A stretch of DNA of 63,479 nt, filler included, from Stramenopiles sp. TOSAG23-2 (Eukaryota), in the NCBI GenBank assembly GCA_900128395.1. It is 15 parts of 15 records of this genome, joined end to end, with 100 filler letters (N's around TTAATTAATTAA, not from the genome) between each part and the next. Parts side by side here need not be neighbours in the genome. Positions count along the whole stretch, not along the records: positions 9,417 to 14,023 come from LT650853.1; positions 14,124 to 18,727 come from LT650854.1; positions 18,828 to 23,428 come from LT650855.1; 12 more parts are not named here. One strand, 5' to 3'. A model generated the notes under the pieces. That model made no database searches, had not been told where the DNA came from, and saw only the letters and a list, made by a program, of their open reading frames with translations. The translations under genes and the position numbers were made by a program. Below are positions 10,203 through 22,300 of the stretch, piece after piece (the first letter of the stretch is position 1; each line of letters opens with the position of its first letter).

Positions 10203-12131
10203 ATGATTACATTAGCAATTGGAATAACAATATCAATCATAGTAATATGCATTGCATATATTATGTATCGAAGAAAATATAATAAGTTAATTCCTAAATT
10301 ATATAAAAAACCAACATTTAATAATAATAATAATAGTGATTATGATAACATACGAAATGCATATAAATTTCGTAAAGTGCCATCAGATATTGATGACGTT
10401 ATCATTGGTACAGGAATTGGTGGCTTATACCTTGGTGCCTTGTTATCAAGGTTAGGACGTAAAGTTTTATGCCTTGAGCAACATTATATAGCTGGTGGTT
10501 GTATGCATTGTTTTGAAGATAAAGGTTTTGAATTTGATACAGGTATTCATTATGTTGGACGGGTTGAAAAATATGGTGAATTATTGAAACTAGTATCATT
10601 ACCTGGAGATGAAGTGAAATTTAAAAAATTAGGCACAGAAGAAAATGGGTATGTATATGATGAAATTCGCGTTGGAAATTTACCTGCATTTAAATTTAGG
10701 GCTGGTAAAAGAAATTTCCTAAATGATTTAATAAAACAGTTTCCAAACGAGGAAGATGGAATAAGAAAATATGTTGATTTATGCGTAAAATGCAATAAAG
10801 ATGCAGATACATGGTTTTTCTCCAAATGTTTTGCATCTATTACTATTCAAAAAATATTTAATTATTTAGCTGGTAGTAGGTTTAAAAAATATGCATCTAT
10901 GTGTGTAGATGATGTGATACGTGTTGAATGTGGTATTAAAGATCCTGTATTATATGCGACATTAATTGGACAATTCGGAAATTATGGTTGCCTTCCAACA
11001 AAAGCTAGTTTTTTCATCCATGCAGGAATTGTATCACATTATTTAAATGGTGCATATTACCCGATCGGTGGACCAGATCAAATATCAAAAGCTTTAACAA
11101 ATACAATTGTACATTGTGGTGGTAAAGTATTGGTAAAAGCAAAAGTGAATGAAATTTTAATACAAAATAATAAAGTAGTTGGTGTTGCAGTTAATAGTAA
11201 TATGGAAGAATTAATATATTGTAAAAATGTAATTACTGCATGTGGCGCAGAAGCAACATTGAATATATTAAAAAATTCACATCCATCCTTTGAAAAAGAT
11301 GGATCAATTCCATGGGCAAATGCAGTACGTTGCACAGCAAGTAATGAAAATGATAATTTAAAACAAGGCATATCACACATGAGTGCATTTGTTGGATTGG
11401 AAGGTACAAATGAAGACTTGCAATTACGAAGTGCAAATCAATGGTGCTTAGGTGTGGATGATGATACAAATCCAGATATCGAACGGAATGTTATAAATTA
11501 TTATAATGCTGGTGCAAATTCTAAAGAAGGTATGATGTTTATGGGTTTTCCTTCTTGTAAAGATCCAACATATCAAGATCGCCATCCTAATCGAAGTGCA
11601 TGCTGTATTATATCAGAAGCTCCAATAGAATGGTTTGATAAATATCGTGGAAATGGTAAATCTGGTAAACGTTTTAAAATGAAAGAGATTGAAAAAGAAT
11701 ACGAAGAATATAAAGAACATTGGTTAAAACGTAACTTGGAAAAGATGTATGAATTATTTCCAAAAACAAAAGGTAAAGTAATATATAAAAATATTGGATC
11801 GCCACTTAGCAATGAATATTATTTAGGTAGGAGTGCATCCTATGGTTTAGATCCAGATACAAGTCGTTTTTCATCAAAACCTATGGAATTATTACGACCT
11901 AAAATTGAAGGCCTAGAAGGAATGTGGATGGTTGGACAAGATGTTGCAACTGCTGGTTGGGCAGGAGCATTAAGTTCAGCATTGATGACTAGTATGGCAA
12001 TGGTTGGATATGGTTTTATGGATTTAATTGTGTATGATCGTAATATTATTGATGATTTAATGACATTACCAAGGTTACCAGCACGTGGAAATAGTGGGAG
12101 AAAGGAGGAGGAGAAAAAGAAAGAGAAGTAA
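10203..12131 (+). CDS. All-trans-retinol 13,14-reductase-like (RETSAT/phytoene desaturase family) FAD oxidoreductase with N-terminal anchor
   Basis: GxGxxG (IIGTGIGGL), LEQHYIAGGCMHCFEDKGFEFDTGIHYVG, GAYYPIGG, FMGFPSCKDP, GQDVATAG. Confidence 0.85.
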   Translation: MITLAIGITISIIVICIAYIMYRRKYNKLIPKLYKKPTFNNNNNSDYDNIRNAYKFRKVPSDIDDVIIGTGIGGLYLGALLSRLGRKVLCLEQHYIAGGCMHCFEDKGFEFDTGIHYVGRVEKYGELLKLVSLPGDEVKFKKLGTEENGYVYDEIRVGNLPAFKFRAGKRNFLNDLIKQFPNEEDGIRKYVDLCVKCNKDADTWFFSKCFASITIQKIFNYLAGSRFKKYASMCVDDVIRVECGIKDPVLYATLIGQFGNYGCLPTKASFFIHAGIVSHYLNGAYYPIGGPDQISKALTNTIVHCGGKVLVKAKVNEILIQNNKVVGVAVNSNMEELIYCKNVITACGAEATLNILKNSHPSFEKDGSIPWANAVRCTASNENDNLKQGISHMSAFVGLEGTNEDLQLRSANQWCLGVDDDTNPDIERNVINYYNAGANSKEGMMFMGFPSCKDPTYQDRHPNRSACCIISEAPIEWFDKYRGNGKSGKRFKMKEIEKEYEEYKEHWLKRNLEKMYELFPKTKGKVIYKNIGSPLSNEYYLGRSASYGLDPDTSRFSSKPMELLRPKIEGLEGMWMVGQDVATAGWAGALSSALMTSMAMVGYGFMDLIVYDRNIIDDLMTLPRLPARGNSGRKEEEKKKEK

Positions 12132-12235
12132 GAGAAAGGGTTTGTATTTTAAAAAATTGAGATTCCATTAAAATAGAAAATTTTTTACACGCGCACGTGT
12201 ATTTTTATGCTCTCTTTTAAAGATTTTTTGAATAT

Positions 12236-13504
12236 TTATGTTGATGGTGGTGGTGGTTTTGGTGGTGGTTGCCAATTCTGATATGGATTGTACTGTTGTA
12301 ATTGAGGCACTTGCTGTTGTTGTTGTCGTTGTTGCATATTATTCATAAACTGTGGAGGTGGTTGAAATTGTTGTTGTTGTTGCATCATCATTGCTTGAGT
12401 ATGTTGCTGTTGATATATCATAGGATTACCTCGTGGAATCATTTGATTTTGAAATGGCTGCATATTCATATATGCTGACGGTGGTCCAAGTAATGGTGGG
12501 CGTTGTTGATGTTGCTGTTGTTGCTGCATCATCATCATCATTTGTTGTTGCTGCTGCTGCTGTTGTTGTTGTTGTTGTCCATACATCATCATACCTTGTG
12601 GTGGCATCATTCTCATCATATTGTTATTATTGTGGGAATTATTATTATTATTATTATAACGTTGTCGACCACCGCGATTTGAACGTACTTTTACACGACG
12701 TCTATTTCCATTACCATTGCCACTATTATTGTTGTTATTATCATTATTACCATGTTTCTTTTTGTTTCTATTCTTTTTTTTATTCCTTGCACTTGCTTCT
12801 TTTTCATCATCCGAAAAATCTTGTTCTTCTTCATCTACTTCTTCATCATAACGATTGGAAGCATCTGATCCTCTTGTATTTAATTTCCTTGGATCAATTC
12901 TTTGTGCAAATTGTTTTACAACATATACATTCATTTTAGATTTCATATCGTCTACATTTTCTAACATTTCATTTAACAAAATTGATTTTTCTTTTGGTAA
13001 TCGAACAACATACATTGGTTTATTCACAGGTCCAAATACTTCATCAATAACTCCTATTGGTACACGTACCTCTTTTTGTTCTATTGTTTTTACTACGCAT
13101 AAGATACTACCATGGTCTAACGGTTCCGTGTCTTCCAAATGTTGACATACTATATTTTTATCTACCACGTTTAATATTTTACCTATTTTTACGATAGCCA
13201 TACTAGCATTAATTTCATTTAATTGTTTATTATGTTTTGCATCATCTTCTTTTTCTTCCATTTCATGTGGTAATATTTCATTTTTTGTACGAGGAAACAT
13301 TGGTATTGCAGTTTTATTGTCATCATCATCATCATCATTCTCGCCTTCATGATCTGATTCCTCATCCGAAGATGATGATGAAGATGATGATGAAGACGAG
13401 GGAGATTGATCATCATTGTTAACATCTTTTACATCCGCTATTGTTTTGGTCTGTTCTTGGACTTCTTCACCTTCCTCGTCTGAATCTTTTCCAATAAATT
13501 CCAT
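12236..13504 (-). CDS. NAF1: H/ACA RNP assembly factor Naf1
   Basis: Gar1/Naf1 core IGVIDEVFGPVNKPMYVVR followed by RGSDASNRYDEEV...DFSDDEKE; Q/P/M-rich tail. Confidence 0.88.
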   Translation of the reverse strand: MEFIGKDSDEEGEEVQEQTKTIADVKDVNNDDQSPSSSSSSSSSSSDEESDHEGENDDDDDDNKTAIPMFPRTKNEILPHEMEEKEDDAKHNKQLNEINASMAIVKIGKILNVVDKNIVCQHLEDTEPLDHGSILCVVKTIEQKEVRVPIGVIDEVFGPVNKPMYVVRLPKEKSILLNEMLENVDDMKSKMNVYVVKQFAQRIDPRKLNTRGSDASNRYDEEVDEEEQDFSDDEKEASARNKKKNRNKKKHGNNDNNNNNSGNGNGNRRRVKVRSNRGGRQRYNNNNNNSHNNNNMMRMMPPQGMMMYGQQQQQQQQQQQQMMMMMQQQQQHQQRPPLLGPPSAYMNMQPFQNQMIPRGNPMIYQQQHTQAMMMQQQQQFQPPPQFMNNMQQRQQQQQVPQLQQYNPYQNWQPPPKPPPPST

Positions 13505-14123
13505 ATTTTCTTTTTCTTAATTATTATAAAAACTCTATATAATTTGCAAATTATTAATATTATGAATATTATTATATTTAACTATCGCAAATATATAGTT
13601 TGTAATTCTTTATTTTTCTTTCTATAAATAAATGTCTATAAAGAGACAATAATAAATTGATTCTTTGTCTTTTCCTTCACATCAGCTATATATCATCTCT
13701 CTCACACACACATATACACCACAATATATTTCTACTTTCTTCTAATAATATGTTTGGCTATTTATATTATTGCAACTGGCACTTTGGATGAAGAACGCGT
13801 GCGAACGTCGCGGTAGACGGTGCTATAGCTATGCTAGTGATTCATCTATATTTAAGGTTTTCTGTACATTAAAAATGCATCAAAGCACCAAACACGTCAG
13901 GTGTTAACCGGCCAAAAAACGACCATTTGCTCTGTCGAAAAAAAAGCAATTTTTAGGCAAACGTGTGCCCATGTTAGAATTCCCTGATAGCATAATTAGA
14001 TTAATAAAAGTACGAGTTATTCANNNNNNNNNNNNNNNNNNNNNNNNNNNNNNNNNNNNNNNNNNNNTTAATTAATTAANNNNNNNNNNNNNNNNNNNNN
14101 NNNNNNNNNNNNNNNNNNNNNNN

Positions 14124-14220
14124 TAAAAAAAGGCACGGAAATGACGGTATCAGGGTTAAAAAAAGGCACGGAAATGACGGTATCAGGGTTAAAAAAAGGC
14201 ACGGAAATGACGGTATCAGG
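14124..14220 (+). repeat. 33-bp tandem repeat (KKGTEMTVSGL) x3 at the contig start
   Basis: AAAAAAGGCACGGAAATGACGGTATCAGG repeated three times; this probably caused the contig break. Confidence 0.9.
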
Positions 14221-17200
14221 TATGAGAGAAGGGGCAGCAGCATCATTTCAGGTCTTAAAAGACGGTAGCAAGGGCCTTATGCACGGCTTAGCTGCCGCTG
14301 AAGAATTTTTGATGCTGGACCCAGGTGATCTTGCGAAATTGGTTCCTGTGTTTCTAGAAGATGCTGCAGATGGCAATACAAAATCTATCTATCAGCTTCT
14401 TCAGTTAGATTCAAAAACGGAACAATATTCCGTTGTCATTCAACATGATGATGAGCGCAGAACGGCTATGCATAAAGCTGCGCTTGAAGGACGTACTGAA
14501 GTTATCAGGTTGTTAGTTGATTATGTAAAAGGAAAGCCCGACTTGGAATATTTGATCGATTCGAAAGATGTATACGGGAGTACACCTTTTTACTTAGTAT
14601 GCATGAAGCTACACAAGAGTAACCCAAAATTAGCAGAATACCTTTTAGAAAATGGAGCCACCGTGGATATTGTTAAAAAAACTACTTTAATGACCCCTTT
14701 GCATTGGGCGTGTTATCATGGTTCGGTAGAATTATCAGATATGATATGCAAGCGACCAGCTGGGAATAAGCATTTGTATTGTAAAAATACAAACGATCGA
14801 TATCCATTAGATATGGCGGGTGAGCAGTATATGAAAAGAGTCTATGAAGAAAGTGATCAAGAAACTGGAGATAGTATTTTGCCAGAGTTTCTACAAGGCA
14901 GTACTTCAGAAGTATATAAAAAGCTGCTTCGAGATTTATTGATTTCTGGCGATACCTTCGACGCATCTATTGAGTATCAATGCAGAAGGTTATATTGGGC
15001 GTGTGTGATAAATGATGTTGAATGCGCAAATGCTGCTATCAAATACAAAGCTAGTGTAAGCACACGAAATCCAGCTTACAAAAATCAAAATCCATTCCAT
15101 GGAGCTGCTAGACACGGGTCACAAGATTGCCTTCGTATTTTGCTAACGATGGCACAAAATCAGGAAAGTAAAGATGCGATGAACGTTGCAGATACTGATG
15201 GTAATACACCATTGATTGATGCTGTACGAATGTCCAATTTTAGCGATGCATATCGGCAAGAAAATTTTTATACTGTTGAACTACTTTTAAAGGCAGGGGC
15301 AAAAGAAAACATCGCGAATCGCTCAAATTTTACTGCATTCAACTATGCAAAAGATAAAAAAATTAAAAAGCTACTTGCAGAGACGAAACAGGCACAGGAA
15401 CTGGCAAGACGTAGGCCATCCATTTCATTTGATTGGGTCTTGGTTTTTGCAAAGGGATATATAAATAGTCATCACGGTTTGGAACCGCAATATGATAAAG
15501 TCGCTAATTGGCTACGAGCGAAAGATCTCACCGTTGATGTTTTTACTTCCATGGTAAACCCCAAAGAGGTATTTGTATGCGTTACCTGCGATTATGAACT
15601 TTTGCAGAAAACAGCGGAAAAATTTCATGAAATGGTTCAGCTTCTTGCTGATCGAGAGTATAGACGATATACAATAGCTGAAGATTACTTGTTTCGACCA
15701 TTCAAAACTCAAGAAAGATTAGAAATTTCTATGAAGCTTATTGAAAGTGCGATAGAGATAGATGCTTACCTTGCCGGAGGGGTAATGAAAAGAATCTTCT
15801 CTGTACATGATCAATCGGAATTACATCCAATTCGAGATCATTGGGTTAAAAAATTACAACCATTTGCAAGCTGGAGCGACTATACTAGATCCGAGCCATC
15901 AAACACGCTAGAAGCTATAAACCATGTTCGTAGTTATTATGGGGAAAAAGTGGCGCTTTATTACGCATGGGTATCTCACTACACTGCTACATTAACATAT
16001 ATTGTGGTTTTTAGTTTAGCGTTACAATTATATCAATTTATCCTTGTTCAAAAATCGAGCGCGTATTTAGCATTTTATGCCATCATTATGACGTTATGGG
16101 CTACTTACGCGGGTGAATCATGGAAAAACAAACAAAATGAGCTTGCTTATCGATGGGATATGTTAGATTTTGAACATGAAGAAACTGTTCGACCAGAATT
16201 TCATGGAGATGAAACAATAAATAAGAAAACTGGATTTGTTGAAAAATATTATTCACCTGCAGAACGTCGACGGAAAACTGCGTTGGGAATTCCTGTTCTT
16301 GCAGGATTTGGAGGCGCTGTTTTAGTCGGATTTTTGGCAGTTCAAGGATGGAAACAAACCATAAGCAAAACAATGACCGGGATGGATTCTACTTTAATGC
16401 AAATGGTAGCCAGTATTACCTACTCAACAGCTATTGTCATATTGGATATTGTTTGGAAAAGTGCAGCAAAATTTCTCACGGATTGGGAAAATCATCGCAC
16501 ACAGACAGAGTGGGAAAAATCGTACATTTTTAAAAAATTTGGTTTCATGTTTATCAATAACACCATGGCTGCTTTTTATACAGCATTTTTCGAGCAAGAC
16601 ATTGGGAAGTTGAATATGTTGATATTTTCATTAATAGTAGTCAAGCAAGTATCATCGTTCCTTAAACATGTTACAGTGCCTTTAGCAAAAATTATGCGGA
16701 AGCGACGTAAATTGAAAGCATTAGTTGCCCTTATCGATGTAAACGAAGAAACAGAATGGCCATATGCCATCCCGGGTCGTGAAGATGTATCAAAGCAGGA
16801 CGTGTTGCATGCTAGGTTAGAAGTTGCGGAGAATGATGTCATGAGTAAATGGAAGGGCACAGATGATTATTTTTCAGAGTTTATGATACAGTACGCTTTT
16901 ATTGTTTACTTTTCACCAGCATTCCCAGTAGCCGGGCTAATTACATGGGCATTTAACATTATCCATATTCAAGGTGAAATGAGAATTAACATTTCCGTAG
17001 TTCAACGAGCTCCAACAACAGGTGCTAGAAATATTGGTTCATGGGACACAATTCAAGAGGCGATGACGTTATCTAGTATGATTGTCAATGTTTGCCTCTT
17101 GCTTTTTACATTAAAAGGTGAGTTAGGCCCTGTATATACAGCGTGGTTTCCTACGTACGAGGCAAGATTGTGGTCTCTTTTAGTGTTAGAACACATTTTA

Positions 17201-17374
17201 TTCTTTGTGAAGGTTATGATGGCAAGTCTTATAGAAGATACTCCATCGTGGGTGATTGAAGCAATTGGGCACCATAATTTTAAAGTAAACATGCTTTTAG
17301 AACAAAATATACGAAAAAGTTTGTTACAACAACAATCAAGTGAGGAGGTAGAGAAGATTAAAAAATCACAATAA
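14141..17374 (+). CDS. Ankyrin-repeat + anoctamin (TMEM16) fusion protein, probably 5'-partial
   Basis: Ankyrin motifs (TAMHKAA, TPLHWAC, NPFHGAA, TPLIDAV), then anoctamin motifs VRSYYGEKVALYYAW, RPEFHG, LTDWENHRTQTEWE, PAFPVAG, ARNIGSW, LEHILF, IEDTPSWV. Confidence 0.88.
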   Translation: MTVSGLKKGTEMTVSGLKKGTEMTVSGMREGAAASFQVLKDGSKGLMHGLAAAEEFLMLDPGDLAKLVPVFLEDAADGNTKSIYQLLQLDSKTEQYSVVIQHDDERRTAMHKAALEGRTEVIRLLVDYVKGKPDLEYLIDSKDVYGSTPFYLVCMKLHKSNPKLAEYLLENGATVDIVKKTTLMTPLHWACYHGSVELSDMICKRPAGNKHLYCKNTNDRYPLDMAGEQYMKRVYEESDQETGDSILPEFLQGSTSEVYKKLLRDLLISGDTFDASIEYQCRRLYWACVINDVECANAAIKYKASVSTRNPAYKNQNPFHGAARHGSQDCLRILLTMAQNQESKDAMNVADTDGNTPLIDAVRMSNFSDAYRQENFYTVELLLKAGAKENIANRSNFTAFNYAKDKKIKKLLAETKQAQELARRRPSISFDWVLVFAKGYINSHHGLEPQYDKVANWLRAKDLTVDVFTSMVNPKEVFVCVTCDYELLQKTAEKFHEMVQLLADREYRRYTIAEDYLFRPFKTQERLEISMKLIESAIEIDAYLAGGVMKRIFSVHDQSELHPIRDHWVKKLQPFASWSDYTRSEPSNTLEAINHVRSYYGEKVALYYAWVSHYTATLTYIVVFSLALQLYQFILVQKSSAYLAFYAIIMTLWATYAGESWKNKQNELAYRWDMLDFEHEETVRPEFHGDETINKKTGFVEKYYSPAERRRKTALGIPVLAGFGGAVLVGFLAVQGWKQTISKTMTGMDSTLMQMVASITYSTAIVILDIVWKSAAKFLTDWENHRTQTEWEKSYIFKKFGFMFINNTMAAFYTAFFEQDIGKLNMLIFSLIVVKQVSSFLKHVTVPLAKIMRKRRKLKALVALIDVNEETEWPYAIPGREDVSKQDVLHARLEVAENDVMSKWKGTDDYFSEFMIQYAFIVYFSPAFPVAGLITWAFNIIHIQGEMRINISVVQRAPTTGARNIGSWDTIQEAMTLSSMIVNVCLLLFTLKGELGPVYTAWFPTYEARLWSLLVLEHILFFVKVMMASLIEDTPSWVIEAIGHHNFKVNMLLEQNIRKSLLQQQSSEEVEKIKKSQ

Positions 17375-19301
17375 AATATAAAACACGCTACACCATGATG
17401 TTATTATACTGAAAATTTTCAAATTAAAAATATATATATACGCCGCGTTCGTACGTAGGTATTTTGATAAATTATCAAAATAATATTACTTCGTATCTCA
17501 TATTATTATTGTTCATTTTCATTCTCTTCACCAAAGGTGCATTTAAAATTAGGATCGACTACTTCCGCATTTTATAAGCTAATTATCAATTGAATCACTA
17601 GTTTTGAATTTATTGGAAGCACGTAACCCAACACCAGCAGTTTAACCATTTTTTTTTATTTTTATTTGTACGACTTTGTACATGAAAAACTTCAAAAATC
17701 AGGGTATGAATTAAAATATAATATATATACTGACGGGATTGTGTGGGAGCGTGGTATATTGAGTAACATGATAAAATGTCAAGGCTTGTCCAATAAAACG
17801 TGTAAATGTTGTGCAACATTCGGAAACGTTTTTATTTAATTACGAATTTACGCAGTTTTTCCATCGCCTGTATAATTTGACGTTACTGTCGGTTTAACTT
17901 GCACCTTGTAAGATGTTTCTGGTTGTTCAGGTCGCTGCAATGGCCACCAGAGGTCTTCTTTCATGCCACACAATTTAATGTTACGGTCTTTACCTGTAAC
18001 ATAATATTGCTTTTTTGTAATTGTTGAACTCAACTTTCCAAATAAGTTTAACATCTCTTGAACACCTGCAATCCATAGAAGCAACAATGTCAATCGCCCT
18101 ACTCTTAATTCAATTTCAACGGTATTTTCTCTGTTCAATATTGTTTTTTTTTTTTTTTTCTTATTGTCTTTGCTTGTTTTTATGATCAATCGGATAAAAG
18201 TAAATGTTTATATATTACTACCCACATCCAAGATTGTATATACTTGTATATATATGCCATCTGTGTCATATGGATGCATATGTGTTAGACGTATAATAAT
18301 GATACTGATGTATACGTACCTGCTGTATACCTGCTGATGTAACGCTCTCTAAAGTTAACGATAAAAACTTGTGAGAAGATATTATTGGATTAATATAATA
18401 CATGGGAATAGCACCACGTCTATTTTTAACAACGAATACTTCTGGAAAAACACACCAACGGTCAACGGTTTGCAAGTTAAATTGATAGGCATAGAGGCCG
18501 TTTGTGACTTTTTTTTAGAGAGGATCCTCTCTACTTTCCACATCTCTCACATCACACATCATGAAAATTTCAGAGGACGATTTTTCAAGGTTATAAGAGA
18601 GAGAGAGACAGAAAAATCTTACACACTATTTTGATGCTTGTCAATGCTATTAATTAGCAGGTACATAGCAAGGGATATCCATCATGTGAGTGCTATCTCG
18701 ATACTATTGTATTAGCAGGTGCATTACNNNNNNNNNNNNNNNNNNNNNNNNNNNNNNNNNNNNNNNNNNNNTTAATTAATTAANNNNNNNNNNNNNNNNN
18801 NNNNNNNNNNNNNNNNNNNNNNNNNNNTTCCTATACTTATTATGTACTATAGAATACCTATTAAGAGATATGTACACAATGCTATGTCTATCTTGTACGA
18901 TATCCTGATAATGATATGTACCTCGTACGAGGTCATAGGATAATGGATATTTATCTGGTGGCTGTTGTGTGCTTGTTGTTGTTTTTGGCACTTGCTTCTT
19001 TTTTTTTGTACCTGCTGGACGACTGCTGGCAAGGCTGGCCTTGGGCTGGCCCAGCTGGGCTGGACTGATGATTGATGATGATGTATATTGATTGTATTAT
19101 TTTAATTATTCAATAAGTATTATGCACTATTCTGGTATTCCATTCAATTAAAATGTACAAACAAATAGAAAGAAATAATTGACAGACAGACAGATAGATA
19201 TACAAACTAAAAGAAACATATATCTACAACAAACAACAGGATATACATAACATAACCACTTAAGACCTCATTACGACAAATTAATAATAATAATTTCTGT
19301 A

Positions 19302-22300
19302 ATGGAAGCAGGGTCATCATACCAAAAAAGAAAAAAACGATCTTCCTCAAGTAGAAGTGATGACAAGTTAAGTGATACTACAAAGAAACGAAGATATAAT
19401 AACAACAACAACGATAATGTAAATAACAATCCATCATCAAATAAACCATCTCTTGGACAATCTACTGATTCATTCTCACCAGTTGCAATTGTGAATGAAA
19501 GGTTAAATGATTTAATGATTGCGGTACAACAAGAAGATTATGAACAATGTAAAACTATATTAACAGATACAAGTATACAAGTAAGTCAGCTTGATAAATA
19601 TGGATACAATGCGTTACATTATAGTGCTTGTTATAATCGATCATCTATCAACATAATGAAGCTATTAATAGAACATCATACATGTGCAATTAACAAAGTA
19701 GATGCAAATGGTTATACGGCGTTGGATCACGCGAATGGTAACGGCTCTCGCTTGAAAGATGATTTTATAGCTCTTTTGTGGAAGCATGGTGCAAATAGTA
19801 GTGTCTATAAAACAACTAGTTATAGTACTGAAGAAGAAGCATCCTCTTCTGGTGATGATGGTAACAACAACAGCAACAATAATAACAACGAGAATGACGA
19901 AGAAGTCGACTTGCCAGATTATGTATCGGAGGAAGAAGAAGTAGATGTAACTGATTCGAATAGTATGGATCTCGTAGATAACGATAACGATAAGAACAAT
20001 AATAATAATAATAAGAAAATCAATTCATCAATAATTCATGTACCAGATGTCGAAATACGTCCATCATCCTCGTCCTTCTCCTCAATAAGAAATTCATCAG
20101 ACAAACAAATGCATTCATCTACAGCATCGTCTACTACTACCACAACAACAATAACAATGAATAATGTTGAAAATATTTCAACAAATGCTGTGAAAAATTT
20201 ATCATACTTCCAATGTGGCGCAGCACGTTTACACCTCGCTGCGAAATACGAGTTTCGACAACATTTGGAGGATCTTATATCACGACCGACAACAAATGAT
20301 AATTATATTGATATGAGTATTGTTGATGATAATCAGCGAAATGTGCTACATTTTGTCGCATTGCATACCTCCAAAGAAGATTTAAGTTGTATCAAATTAT
20401 TATTAGGACATCCAAATTATTCACTGTATTTAATAAATAAATTTGATTCTGACGGTTTCACCCCGTTAGATTATGCTTATAAAAATCCATATCCATGCAA
20501 AAACGATGTTATACAATTATTGCGTTCTAACAATGCAATGTCTGGTAATGATTTCAATTACAACAATATATGGAAAGTTCCAGAGGATGGTAAAGAAGAT
20601 AATGTGACATCTCATGATCAAAGTGGATATGATAAGTATGGATTTCATGAAGATCGGCATATTGATGAAGTTGAAATCGATGCGATATTACAAAGACACG
20701 GGCATAAACCAGAAAAAGGAAGAATGCAATTTTATAAGGAAAAATTAAAAGAAATACAAAATAAAATGCGTGAACTGCATGATGGAAAATTATTAAAGGA
20801 ACTGACCAATGATCAAAAAGAAGAAGCAAAGAAAAAGGCTATTGATCTTTTATTAACTAGTCGTGAACGCTTGAATTATTTATTAGATGAAACATTGATT
20901 CGTGAATCGCAATTACTGAAGCATCAATCTTCTATATTGGAGCATCCGGATTATAAATTGAAGGCACTTCTCAAAAGTAAACATAAAGTTGAATTATCTG
21001 CAGCAGATATTAAGCGTTGTAGAGTTAGAATCAGAGAAGCAATACATATGGTGGAACGCGATGAAGGGATAGATTTTAGAGCAGTAGCAAAGGAATACGT
21101 ATTTTCAATAGCAAAAGATGATGATGACGATTATGGCAATGAGAATAAGATGCACGTTGGTGAATCGTTCGAGAATAATAATTCGCATGTGGAGGAAACA
21201 TCCTTGCAAGAAAATGAAAATGCTATATTGGATGATACAGATAAGTTGTTAAATGACATATTATTTGAAGATGGAAATACGATGACATCATCAGACGATA
21301 TTGGCAATGTAGATTCTACTACCAATGATATTAATACAACTAATAATAGTAAGAATGACAATGGTAATGAAGAATATCTTGGCAATATTTCAAAATCATT
21401 CAAAGTTGATCCGTTCATTGTAGCATGTGGCGATCCAAATAAGCTATCTGACGTTAAAAGGATAATTGAAAACTCTAAGGATGAAACAAAAAATGTTATT
21501 AACAGATTCGGTTTATCCAAGAGTGGATTTATTGAAACTACAGGTTTGATTATTGCAACAAGGAACGAAAATGAAAGCACTGTTCAGTATCTATTAGAGC
21601 AACCTTCTGTTGATTTATTTATGTCAACAATGGGGGGTAATACTGCATTGCATATAGCATGTTGGAAAAATTCTAAAAATGCAAATATAATTAGAATGTT
21701 GCTAGACCACCCTCAATGTTCTAATGAATTAATAAATGATGAAAACAATGCTGGAAAGTCACCTCTAGATTATGCAAAAAAAAACAAAAGTTCTATAAGG
21801 AATAGCATTGTTACTTTACTATCCATAAAATCAAATCATTTTAGTAATTCATCTTCCAATAATAAAGTATCAACAATGTCATCATCGGATTCAGGGGATG
21901 GTCAACATTTTGGGATAAAACGTTCGTCCACGTTGCCTACAACAAACAATTCATCTGGCTCCGGAAAAAATGGTTGGGGAGATACAAATTCTGGAAGACG
22001 ATGGGGTAATAATAATAATAAGAACAATGATCCATTAATTAGATCTCGAAGTGATAGCACGCATAATCGTAGTGATTCTCGAAACACAAATCGTAGGTTT
22101 CGAAGTCGAAGCCCTAGTTATGAAAATAAAAAAAAAGTTTCACCAAAAGGTGGAAGAAGGTTTCACAGCGATAGTAGGAGTAATAGTAGAAATATGAGCC
22201 GAAGTAAGTCTAGAGTAGGTGGTAGAAGATTTAGAAGTCGCAGTCCTAGCCTTGAGAAAAAATTACCATCTCAGCAATCCGATTATCAACAATATTTACA

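Noticed and set aside
17500-18189. Possible decayed gene on the minus strand downstream of the ankyrin-anoctamin
   Set aside because: Protein-like in patches, but no recognisable motif; cannot be supported without a search.
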